DNA of 64,000 nt from an uncultured delta proteobacterium (GTDB lineage Bacteria > Desulfobacterota > Binatia > Binatales > Binataceae), in the NCBI GenBank assembly GCA_963842085.1, contig CAWJET010000001.1:2816001-2880000 (forward strand), written 5' to 3'. Below, piece after piece: positions 28,919-39,705 of this stretch (position 1 is the stretch's first letter; every line of letters starts with the position of its first letter). The notes under the pieces were generated by a model. It saw nothing but the letters and a program-made list of their open reading frames with translations, was not told the origin of the DNA and did no database searches. The translations under genes were made by a program, and so were the position numbers.

Positions 28919-29542
28919 TCACGACGCGACCGAGCGGAGCACGCGGTAGAGCGGTTCGAGCTCGCGAAACGCGTCGAGTACTTCGGCGCGATCGACGGTC
29001 AGCGCGTCGCGCACAGGCCATCCGAAGCCGACGTCGATGCCGCCGGTCTTTTTCTCGAGCGCGTCCCCGAGTCCGTCGAAGAAATCGGCGCCGGCCGCAC
29101 GCGAGCTCGGCAATTCGCGACAGTCCCAGTTTTGGTACTGTTGAATCTTTGTGCCGCGAAAAGATTTTTCCAGCTCCACTGACTTCGACTTGATCAGCCG
29201 CCCCATCTGGGACCGCTGGTCGGCGTCGGATTTCACGATCGCGCGCGCGTGGATGCCCACGCCGGAGATGCATAGCGCGAGATATCCGTAGCGCTTGTAT
29301 CCGGCGCGCGACGGCCCGAACGCCGCCCACGTCTCATCGGGAGCATTCGCGGTGATGCGCATATGCTTGGCGACATGCGGAAAGAACTCCATGCGCAGTG
29401 TTCGCGACAGTTCCGGCGCCAGTTCGATCCCGAGCCGCATCAGGCGCGGCCTGATGTGCTCGTCGATCTTCGCCATGCGAGCGTTGAAACCTTCGATCGC
29501 GAACACGTCGAAATCGCGGCGCGAAAACCCCAGCGTCGCCAT
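28919..29542 (-). CDS. DUF1054/YktB-family protein
   Basis: GFSRRDFDVFAIEGF..RM; FPHVAKHMR...PDETWAAFGPSRAGYKRY. Confidence 0.75.
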   Translation of the reverse strand: MATLGFSRRDFDVFAIEGFNARMAKIDEHIRPRLMRLGIELAPELSRTLRMEFFPHVAKHMRITANAPDETWAAFGPSRAGYKRYGYLALCISGVGIHARAIVKSDADQRSQMGRLIKSKSVELEKSFRGTKIQQYQNWDCRELPSSRAAGADFFDGLGDALEKKTGGIDVGFGWPVRDALTVDRAEVLDAFRELEPLYRVLRSVAS

Positions 29543-29558
29543 CAAGCTGACTCCGGAC

Positions 29559-30011
29559 TCACTTCGCGACTCGGTTGCGCTCGCGCTCCTGAAAGGCCTT
29601 CTCCCAGTTGCGCCCGTCGAAATGGGTGTGCTCGAGCTTGCTGGCATTCACACCTTCGAGGCATCGCACGTTGACGTCGAACGCGTCGGGATCGGAGCGT
29701 GGGATGTAGAATGGTGCGACGCCGCAATTCGGACAGAAGAGATGCCGGGCGGTTTTCGTATTGAACGCGTACGACGCGATATCGTCGGACTTCGTCAGCA
29801 GCCGGAACGCGCTGCGCGGAACGATCCAGTGCACGTAGCCCTTCTTCGTGCAGATCGAGCAGTTGCATTCCGAGACGCGGTCGAGCGCGCCCCTCACCTC
29901 GAAGCGGATGCGCCCGCAATGGCATCCGCCGCGGTAGGTCCGTTCGAACGGTTTCTTCTTCTCGGGCTCTTTTCTTGCGGGCAGTTTCTTTGCGGTCGCT
30001 TTTTTCTTCAT
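29559..30011 (-). CDS. GFA/CENP-V family Zn protein
   Basis: GGCHCGRIRF, CNCSIC, FCPNCG, VNVRCL. Confidence 0.92.
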   Translation of the reverse strand: MKKKATAKKLPARKEPEKKKPFERTYRGGCHCGRIRFEVRGALDRVSECNCSICTKKGYVHWIVPRSAFRLLTKSDDIASYAFNTKTARHLFCPNCGVAPFYIPRSDPDAFDVNVRCLEGVNASKLEHTHFDGRNWEKAFQERERNRVAK

Positions 30012-30123
30012 AGACGCTTTGTTTAGTCGAACGCCTTTGGCAAGGAAACGGGCGAGCGTGAGAGCGTTGGACCATTGAGATTTGCCGATGACGATTGCGC
30101 GATGCGCGTGTTACAATCACTTG

Positions 30124-31110
30124 ATGGCCGCGACGTCAGAATCAGTCTCCAGTCCGCCCTTCGATGCGACGCTTGCGCGTCACGGGATTCGCGGGCTCAC
30201 CCGCAAATCGCCCACGACCATCCAGGTAAACGTCGGCAAGTTGTGCAACCAGGCGTGCCATCATTGCCACGTCGACGCGGGCCCGCGGCGGACCGAACGG
30301 ATGACGCGAGCGACGGCGGAGCGCGTGCTCGAAGTGCTCGCGGCAAGTCCGCGGATCGAGGCGCTCGATATCACCGGCGGTGCGCCGGAGCTGAACCCGA
30401 ACTTTGCGATGCTGGTTGAGCGGGCGCGCGCGCTCGGCCGCAGGGTGATCGTTCGATGCAATCTGACGGTGACGCAGGAACCCGGGATGGAATGGCTGGT
30501 GGAATTCTACCGGCGCTCGGGCGTTGAGCTGGTTTGTTCGCTCCCGTGCTACACGGCCGCGAACACTGATCGTCAGCGCGGCGCGGGAGTGTTCGACAAA
30601 AGCATCGCGGCGTTGCGGCAACTGAATAGCGCAGGATTCGGGCGCGGCGAGCTGCGGCTGGATCTCGTGTACAACCCGATTGGAGCGTCGCTGCCGCCGC
30701 CGCAGGCGGAGCTCGAGGCGCAGTATCGCGACGAACTCGGGCGCAATTTCGGGATCATGTTCGATCGCCTGCTGACGATCACGAACATGCCGATCGCGCG
30801 CTTCGCCAACCAGTTGAGCGCCACCGGCAGCCATTCGGCGTACATGAGCCTGCTGGTGAATCACTTCAACCGGGCGACCGTGGACGCTCTGATGTGCCGC
30901 GACCTGGTGAGCGTCGGATGGAACGGGCGGCTCTACGACTGCGACTTCAACCAGATGCTGGAAATCCCGCTCGGCGCCAGCGCCGCACAGACAATCTGGG
31001 ACATCGACGACATCGGCGGACTCGCCGGCGCGCGCATCGCGACCGGCTCGCATTGCTTCGGATGCACCGCGGGCGCCGGCTCGAGCTGCGGCGGCGCGAT
31101 CGCCATGTGA
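30124..31110 (+). CDS. ArsS-like radical SAM protein (DUF3641 C-terminus)
   Basis: CNQACHHCH radical SAM motif; DITGGAPELNP; YDCDFNQML; HCFGCTAGAGSSCGG. Confidence 0.88.
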   Translation: MAATSESVSSPPFDATLARHGIRGLTRKSPTTIQVNVGKLCNQACHHCHVDAGPRRTERMTRATAERVLEVLAASPRIEALDITGGAPELNPNFAMLVERARALGRRVIVRCNLTVTQEPGMEWLVEFYRRSGVELVCSLPCYTAANTDRQRGAGVFDKSIAALRQLNSAGFGRGELRLDLVYNPIGASLPPPQAELEAQYRDELGRNFGIMFDRLLTITNMPIARFANQLSATGSHSAYMSLLVNHFNRATVDALMCRDLVSVGWNGRLYDCDFNQMLEIPLGASAAQTIWDIDDIGGLAGARIATGSHCFGCTAGAGSSCGGAIAM

Positions 31111-31180
31111 AACCCGAGGTGGTTTCACACTTCCTTCGGCAGGGGTGACCCCTGCCCCCAGTGAAAAGAAAAGATGAGGG
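31107..31180 (+). repeat. Structured intergenic repeat family A, copy 2
   Basis: GTGAAACCCGAGGTGGTTTCACACTTCCTTCGGCAGGGGTGACCCCTGCCCCCA...AAGATGAGGG; two hairpins; overlaps the radical SAM stop codon. Confidence 0.75.
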
Positions 31181-31250
31181 ACTTCGTCCGTGTCAGAACT
31201 ATTTAGCGGAGAGCGCGAGATTTTTTCTCCTCGATTGTTCCCGCGCGGTG

Positions 31251-32474
31251 TTAGAAGGTCATCGGCAGAGACTGCAGGCCGCGCAGACTCATCGCGGGCC
31301 GCCATTTCGGGTTCGGGTCGGCGAGCGCCAGCTTGGGCATCCGGCGAAGAATCGTTTCGAATGCGATGCGCCCTTCCGCTTTTGCGAGCACTTCGCCGAT
31401 GCATCGATGGGGTCCGGCGGCGAATGACAGGTGATAGTTGTCGGGACGCGTGATGTCGAGCTTGTCAGGTTCCGGAAATCGCTCCGGGTCGCGATTGGCA
31501 GCGCCCAGGAACACGACCACGTGCTCGCCGCGCGGAATCGTCCTGCCAGCGAGTTCGATGTCTTCGCTGGCGGTGCGGAAAGTCACCTGCACCGGGCTGT
31601 CGAAACGCAGGAACTCATCGAGCGCGGACTCGATTAGTGACGGGTCGGATCTCAGGCGCGCTAAAGCGTCGGGATTGCGGAACAGCGCCAGCATCCCGTT
31701 GCCGATCATGTTCATCGTGGTTTCGTGGCCGGCCAGCAGCGTGAACATCGCGCTGAACACTAGTTCCTCCTCGGTCTTTAGTTCGCCGCGGCCTTCGGCG
31801 GCCACCATGATGCTGATCAAATCCTCGCGCGGATGCTTGCGGCGGTCGGCGGCCAGATCCGTGAAATAGCGGCGCACATCCGCGATCGCCTGGCGCACTT
31901 CCACGCCCGGGTCGTTCGCACTGATAACGGGGTCGAGCGGCACGCCGAGCGTGCGCATCCAGTCGCGAAACATCGGCTTGTCCGCGTCAGTGGCGCCCAT
32001 CACCTCGGCGAGCACGTCGATCGGAAATGGAAACGCGACGTCCTTGATCAAATCCATCGAGCCGCGCGCCTGGACCGCGTCGAGCAGGTAATCGACGATG
32101 TTCTGAATCCGGGGCTGCAGTCCGTCCACGACGGGCGGCGAAAAAAAAGTGTTCATCAGCTTGCGCAGACGCGTGTGGTCGGGAGGATTGCGAAAAACGA
32201 TCGCATGCTGCAGCGCCTCGCGCATCGACTTGAGGCCGTCGTCGGGCGGGAAGGCGTCGAGCGCGTTGAGATCGAAGGCGAGGAAGCGCTTGTCGCGCAG
32301 AACGTCGAGGCAGTTGTCGTAGCGCGTAGAAAGCCAGAATCCAATCGGGGTCCGCAGGAGAGGGTGGCGCGTGCGCAGGAATCTGTAGAGCGGATAAGGA
32401 TTGGCCGAGAAGAGACGGCCGTACATCCGGCTGGCAACGCGGCTAACGCGGGCAAAGGTAGTCGAGGAGGCCAT
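31251..32474 (-). CDS. Cytochrome P450
   Basis: AGHETT I-helix, EFLR (ExxR), ANRDP, FAAGPHRCIG heme-Cys motif. Confidence 0.96.
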   Translation of the reverse strand: MASSTTFARVSRVASRMYGRLFSANPYPLYRFLRTRHPLLRTPIGFWLSTRYDNCLDVLRDKRFLAFDLNALDAFPPDDGLKSMREALQHAIVFRNPPDHTRLRKLMNTFFSPPVVDGLQPRIQNIVDYLLDAVQARGSMDLIKDVAFPFPIDVLAEVMGATDADKPMFRDWMRTLGVPLDPVISANDPGVEVRQAIADVRRYFTDLAADRRKHPREDLISIMVAAEGRGELKTEEELVFSAMFTLLAGHETTMNMIGNGMLALFRNPDALARLRSDPSLIESALDEFLRFDSPVQVTFRTASEDIELAGRTIPRGEHVVVFLGAANRDPERFPEPDKLDITRPDNYHLSFAAGPHRCIGEVLAKAEGRIAFETILRRMPKLALADPNPKWRPAMSLRGLQSLPMTF

Positions 32475-32860
32475 TAGTTATGCGTCCGGCAGTATATTTG
32501 CACGCGCTATTGATTGGAACTGCGGTAGATTCCGGTGGGTGGATCGGGCGGGGAAAGGGCATTTTATACCACCTGTTGTGGTTCACTGAAAGGCCAACCA
32601 CCATCGGTAGCTTCGTTCCGTCAAAATTAATATTTCTGAAGCGGAAGTTGCCTGATGGTGAAGCATGGGCAGCGGCGAGGAAGTTTTCGTGAGAGTGGCG
32701 TCCATACGCATTGATAGCACGTCGGGCGCGGCGCGGTCAGGCTGAATAGTTCATCGCTGAACTGGGGGGGCTCACAGGGGGAAGAGAAGATGCGGATTCT
32801 CTGCCGCTCAGCTTGAACACGGCTGGTTACCCGAAGCTCAATCGCGCGGCACAGTTGTCT

Positions 32861-32900
32861 CTCACGCTATCCCTCTCCCAACGAACGGGCGAGAGAACCG
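32861..32900 (+). repeat. Degenerate family-B REP-like element
   Basis: CTCACGCTATCCCTCTCCCAACGAACGGGCGAGAG resembles CCCTCACC-N-CCTCTCCC-N-GGGAGAGG. Confidence 0.5.
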
Positions 32901-32987
32901 GACGGCAGCGGCCAGCCAGTTCCGACTTGGTAGCGATCTGGATTGCGTGGTATGGGGTGAGTCGAAACGCGATACGAGGAGATAGAT

Positions 32988-34148
32988 ATGTCGGTGAAGA
33001 TCGAAGGTACGTGCGAGCCGCGGTTTAACAGCGTGCGTGACATTTTTGCGAATAGCTTTGAACATGACCTCGAAGTGGGGGCGGCGGTTGCTGCCGTCGT
33101 GGATGGGAAACCGATCTTCGATTTGTGGGGCGGGTTCGCCGACAAGGCTAAGACCAAGCCCTGGACGCGCGATACGCTCGTCAACGTTTACTCGACGACC
33201 AAGGGGATTACGTCGATTTGTGCGCATCGGCTGGTCGATCAAGGCAAGCTCGATCTTGACGCGCCGGTGTCGAAGTACTGGCCCGAGTTTGCGCAGGCCG
33301 GCAAGGAAAAGATCCCCGTAAATTATCTGCTGAGTCATCGCGCGGGACTGCCCGCCGTAAGAAAGCAGTTACCGATGGACGCTTATACGAACTGGCCCGT
33401 GATGTGTGCGGCGCTGGCGGCGCAGGAGCCGTGGTGGGAGCCGGGCACTGCGCACGGCTATCACGCGATCACATTCGGCTACCTGGTCGGCGAAGTGATT
33501 CGGCGGATCACGGGCAAGACGCCGGGAACTTACCTGCGCGAGGAAATCGCGGGGCCGCTCAAGCTCGATATCCATATCGGCGTGGATGCGAGTTTCGACC
33601 CGCGAATCGCGGAGCTGATTGGTGCCCCGCCGCCACCGCCGGGCAAGCCCGATCAGATCGCGGCGATGAGCGCCGATCCGGAATCGATGACCTACAAGGC
33701 GATCGCGAATCCACGGCCGGTGGTCGATCCCGCGCTGGTGAACAGCCGCGCGTGGCGCGGTGCTGAAGTTCCGGCCGCAAATGGGCATGCTACTGCGAGA
33801 GCGCTCGCGGCATTGTACGGCGCGCTTGCGACCGGCGGCGAACTCAACGGTTATCGCGTGCTGACGCCGGCGAGTATCAAGCGCGCGCATACGGAACAGG
33901 CCAACGGCCCCGATCTTATTCTCGGGGTTGTATCGCGATGGGGTTTGGGGTTTCAGCTCAATCAGCCGGTGGCGCCGCTCGGGCCGAATCCGCGGACGTT
34001 TGGACATTCGGGGGCTGGCGGCTCGATTGGATTTGCCGATCCGGACGCGCGCGTCGGTTTTGGCTACACGATGAATCAGATGGGCTCCGACCCGCTGATC
34101 GACGGGCGCGCGGCGGCGCTGTTCAACGCGATGTTCGCGGCGTTGTAG
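32988..34148 (+). CDS. Beta-lactamase-family serine hydrolase (EstA/EstB-like esterase)
   Basis: YSTTKG (SxxK), LLSHRAGL, GYHAITFG, FGHSGAGG. Confidence 0.93.
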   Translation: MSVKIEGTCEPRFNSVRDIFANSFEHDLEVGAAVAAVVDGKPIFDLWGGFADKAKTKPWTRDTLVNVYSTTKGITSICAHRLVDQGKLDLDAPVSKYWPEFAQAGKEKIPVNYLLSHRAGLPAVRKQLPMDAYTNWPVMCAALAAQEPWWEPGTAHGYHAITFGYLVGEVIRRITGKTPGTYLREEIAGPLKLDIHIGVDASFDPRIAELIGAPPPPPGKPDQIAAMSADPESMTYKAIANPRPVVDPALVNSRAWRGAEVPAANGHATARALAALYGALATGGELNGYRVLTPASIKRAHTEQANGPDLILGVVSRWGLGFQLNQPVAPLGPNPRTFGHSGAGGSIGFADPDARVGFGYTMNQMGSDPLIDGRAAALFNAMFAAL

Positions 34149-34198
34149 AACATTCTTCGGCGCGCTAGCGCCGGAGAATAAATCCGCTTTTATCTTAA

Positions 34199-34288
34199 GT
34201 GAAACCCGCCTTGGGTTTCGCACTTCCTTGGGCAGGGGTGACCCGGGATTATCCCTGCACCCAAGGTTAAATAGCGGAAGATGCGGGC
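34199..34288 (+). repeat. Structured intergenic repeat family A, copy 3
   Basis: GTGAAACCCGCCTTGGGTTTCGCACTTCCTTGGGCAGGGGTGACCC-insert-CCCTGCACCCAA...AAGATGCGGG. Confidence 0.75.
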
Positions 34289-34295
34289 TCCAGAT

Positions 34296-34336
34296 AAAAC
34301 GATGCCGCCCGTCTTACTTCGGCGGGCGGCCGTTTT
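34296..34336. terminator. Probable bidirectional intrinsic terminator
   Basis: AAAACG..GCCGCCCG-loop-CGGGCGGC-CGTTTT between convergent genes. Confidence 0.6.
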
Positions 34337-34354
34337 GTCCCTCTTTGTCTGAGT

Positions 34355-35221
34355 TCAGACTCCGGCCGACTTGTATAGCGCGCAGCGCAACTTGAAGAAG
34401 TGCGCCATCGAGGTGAGGTAGCGGACGCGCCATGCCGCCGCCATCTTGCCCTTGCTGAGATCGAGGCCGTGGCGCGGTCCGATCATGTCGTAGGCCATCT
34501 TTATCCGGTGGAACAGATCGTCCGAGGAACCCGGGTCGGGCTGCGTAACGCCGCCGATCAGTTTGATCGATTCCGGGCTGTAGGCTGCCAGCGCGACCAG
34601 GCTGTCGGCAAACAGCTCGTCCTCTTCCGCCAGGTGATTGGCGAACGCCCCTTCCATGAAGGCCGTGTGGTCGGCTTTCTCTCCGACCAGCGAGCCGTAA
34701 ATGTAGTGGCCCAGTTCATGGCCGAGAGTCGCTGCCACGGCGCCGGGATGATGGGCCGTGTTGACGAAGATCACGAACTTGCTTTTCTCGCCGACGTCGG
34801 CGCGGCAGTAAAATCCACGCAGCGACAGCCCCGCGCCCGTGCGATATGGCTCGGCACGCAGTTCGAGCTCGCGCGGACCGAACAATTTGCCGAGATGACC
34901 GAGCAGCTGCGGGCTGCCGAGATCCGCCAGGCTCCCGTATGTCGGTGTGTGCTGCTTGATGTCATTCTCGACGATCTGCGCCAATTCCTTGGCCAGAGGC
35001 TTGGACGGAAGCGCGGGCACATCCACGTAATCGGCGGAGAGAATCTTTTTCAGGTCGGAAAGCTGATGGAGGACCCGGGTCCCGAGCGAGTTGAACGGAA
35101 CCTTGATCTCGCCGAGCAGCTTGGAAACGAGATGGTCAACTTCACGAGTTACCAGCGCGTCCGGTTCTCGCGACGATATCCGTCTCGCCAGGGCTGGCGA
35201 TGAGGCCAATGCTGCGCTCAT
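34355..35221 (-). CDS. ImmA/IrrE (M78)-like zinc metallopeptidase
   Basis: GFY...VIFVN...ATLGHELGHY...DELFADSL (HExxH plus distal Glu). Confidence 0.7.
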   Translation of the reverse strand: MSAALASSPALARRISSREPDALVTREVDHLVSKLLGEIKVPFNSLGTRVLHQLSDLKKILSADYVDVPALPSKPLAKELAQIVENDIKQHTPTYGSLADLGSPQLLGHLGKLFGPRELELRAEPYRTGAGLSLRGFYCRADVGEKSKFVIFVNTAHHPGAVAATLGHELGHYIYGSLVGEKADHTAFMEGAFANHLAEEDELFADSLVALAAYSPESIKLIGGVTQPDPGSSDDLFHRIKMAYDMIGPRHGLDLSKGKMAAAWRVRYLTSMAHFFKLRCALYKSAGV

Positions 35222-35837
35222 AAAACGACCATCGGGACGACCTTACAAGCCCGTCGGCATGATCGGCACGCTATACTAAATGACTGGTACTGCTTTTCAA
35301 AACCCATCTAACTCGCGTTAATTGAGCAAATCGTATGCCACACTACCTATAGATAGTGCGATTAAATGCCATACCAGTAATGGCGTGGAGAACTTCGTTA
35401 TGCGGCGTTTCTGCAACCCAACAAGGGCACTTTTGAACCAAAGGCTCGACGGGGAGCCAGCCGGAGGTGTCCGAATGCTCCGGCCGCTCGCACCGCCGCA
35501 GATAGGCGTCGAGGGCGACGCCGAGGCATGCTTCGACCGCGCCGGGGTCCAATCCGGCATCGCCGAAGTGATCTGACTCTCCCGCATCATCGCGCCCGTG
35601 GCGCTTTGCAGCGCGAATTTGCTTTGCCCGACGCGGCCATGAGCCACATTGTCTAACCGGTTACCTACAACCAGTCAAGCCCTTCACTACGAACTGTAGG
35701 ACAGTTTTAATAACCATTTTGATGCAGTCGGAACCCGGCGGCGTTATTCGCCGGCCGTTATCCGACCCACGAAAGCGCCCACAAATCGCAACGGTTGCCA
35801 CGATCGTTGCGGCTTGCCATTAGTGTTCAGTTTCAAA

Positions 35838-37973
<2,136 letters not shown>

Positions 37974-38055
37974 CGAGATCTGATTGTTGAATCAGGGGGA
38001 CTCGCACGGTCTATACTGCAACACAGGCAGCTGTTCCAGGCGGGAGAATCTCGGG

Positions 38056-39705
38056 ATGATCGACTTTCGAACCGAACCGTCCGCATACCGGCATTGGCGC
38101 TTGAGCTTCGCCGGGCCGGTCGCGACGCTGGCGATGGACGTGGACGAAAAGGGCGGCCTTGCGCCGGGCTACGAGCTCAAGCTCAACTCCTATGACCTCG
38201 GCGTCGATATCGAGCTCAACGACGCCGTGAATCGGCTTCGCTTCGAGCATCCCGAAATAAAATGCGTGATCGTCACGTCGGGCAAAGAGCGCGTGTTCTG
38301 CGCCGGCGCGAACATCAGGATGCTCGGCCTGTCGAGCCATCCGTTCAAAGTGAATTTCTGCAAGTTTACCAACGAGACGCGCAATGCGATCGAAGACGCG
38401 ACGCTCAACTCGGACCAGTACTACATGACTGCGATCGGCGGGGCGTGCGCCGGCGGCGGCTACGAACTCGCGCTCGCGACCGACTATATAATGATGGCGG
38501 ACGATGGTTCGACCAGCGTTTCGCTGCCGGAGGTCGCATTGCTCGGCGTGCTGCCGGGCACCGGCGGACTGACCAGGCTGGTCGACAAGCGCCGCGTCAG
38601 GCGCGACCGCGCGGATTTTTTCTGCACAACAGAGGAAGGACTGAGGGGCAAGCGGGCGGTGGATTGGCATTTGGTGGACGAAGTCGTACCGCGCTCGCAA
38701 CTCATGGAGTGGGCGTCGCAGAGAGCGCTCGAATTCGCGGCGCGTTCAGCGGGTTCTACGCCTCCGCGTGGGATATCGCTCGGCCGGCTCTCGCGCGAGG
38801 TCGCGGAGCGACGGATTAAGTATGCGCACTTGACGATCGACATCGATCGCGACAATTCCACTGCGGCGTTCACTGTCGAGGGTCCGGAGAACCAGGCCCC
38901 GCGCCGGGTCGAAGATGCTCGCGCGATTGGAGCGGACTTCTGGCCGTTGGCGATTGCGCGCGAACTCGAAGACGCGATCCTGCATCTGCGCTTCAATCAG
39001 GAGACTGTCAGGACTTGGATCTTTCGCACGCGAGGCGATCCGGTGCTGGTGCAGTCGCACGACGCATTCCTCGACGCCAACGCTGATGACCGGCTGATCC
39101 GTGAAATCCGGCTCTACCTGAAGCGCACGCTGAAACGGCTCGATGTCAGCTCGCGCTCCGTCTTCGCGTTGATCGAGCCGGGTTCGTGCTTTTGCGGAAC
39201 TCTGCTGGAGCTGGCGCTGGCGTCGGACCGCGCGTACATGCTGCGCGGACTGCGGGAAGGTGACGAGTCGATGCCGGCGAGCATCGGCCTCACGGAAATG
39301 AACTTTGGCGCGACGCCGATGTGCAACGGCTTGACGCGGCTGGAGAGCAGATTCCAAGGCACGCCCGAGCGCGTCGAGGAGCTGCGCGGCAGGATTGGCG
39401 AGCAGATCGATGCATCGTTGGCAGAGCAACTGGGACTGGTTACGTTCACGCCCGACGATATCGACTGGGACGACGAGGTCCGCATTGCGCTCGAAGAACG
39501 CGCGGCGTTCTCGTCGGACGCGCTGACCGGGATGGAGGCTTCGCTCCGATTCGGCGGGCCGGAGACGCTCGAGTCAAAAATATTTGCGCGTCTGTCGGCG
39601 TGGCAGAACTGGATCTTTCAGCGCCCGAACGCGGTCGGTGAAAAAGGCGCGCTGAAACTCTATGGCACCGGAGCGCGGCCGGAATTCGATCCGAGGAGGG
39701 TCTGA
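38056..39705 (+). CDS. boxC: 2,3-epoxybenzoyl-CoA dihydrolase
   Basis: YELKLNSYDLGVDIEL, KVNFCKFTNETRN, LGVLPGTGG, WQNWIFQRPNAVG. Confidence 0.93.
   Translation: MIDFRTEPSAYRHWRLSFAGPVATLAMDVDEKGGLAPGYELKLNSYDLGVDIELNDAVNRLRFEHPEIKCVIVTSGKERVFCAGANIRMLGLSSHPFKVNFCKFTNETRNAIEDATLNSDQYYMTAIGGACAGGGYELALATDYIMMADDGSTSVSLPEVALLGVLPGTGGLTRLVDKRRVRRDRADFFCTTEEGLRGKRAVDWHLVDEVVPRSQLMEWASQRALEFAARSAGSTPPRGISLGRLSREVAERRIKYAHLTIDIDRDNSTAAFTVEGPENQAPRRVEDARAIGADFWPLAIARELEDAILHLRFNQETVRTWIFRTRGDPVLVQSHDAFLDANADDRLIREIRLYLKRTLKRLDVSSRSVFALIEPGSCFCGTLLELALASDRAYMLRGLREGDESMPASIGLTEMNFGATPMCNGLTRLESRFQGTPERVEELRGRIGEQIDASLAEQLGLVTFTPDDIDWDDEVRIALEERAAFSSDALTGMEASLRFGGPETLESKIFARLSAWQNWIFQRPNAVGEKGALKLYGTGARPEFDPRRV

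Noticed and set aside
28884-29330. N-terminal extension of the MFS ORF (534 aa)
   Set aside because: Overlaps the DUF1054 gene; hydrophobic MFS sequence begins at ATG 28883
31081-31095. Selenocysteine at the radical SAM GSS-x-GG motif
   Set aside because: The codon is TGC (Cys), not TGA
35318-35647. 109-aa ORF as a possible XRE partner of the IrrE-like protease
   Set aside because: No helix-turn-helix pattern and atypical composition; not supportable as a gene
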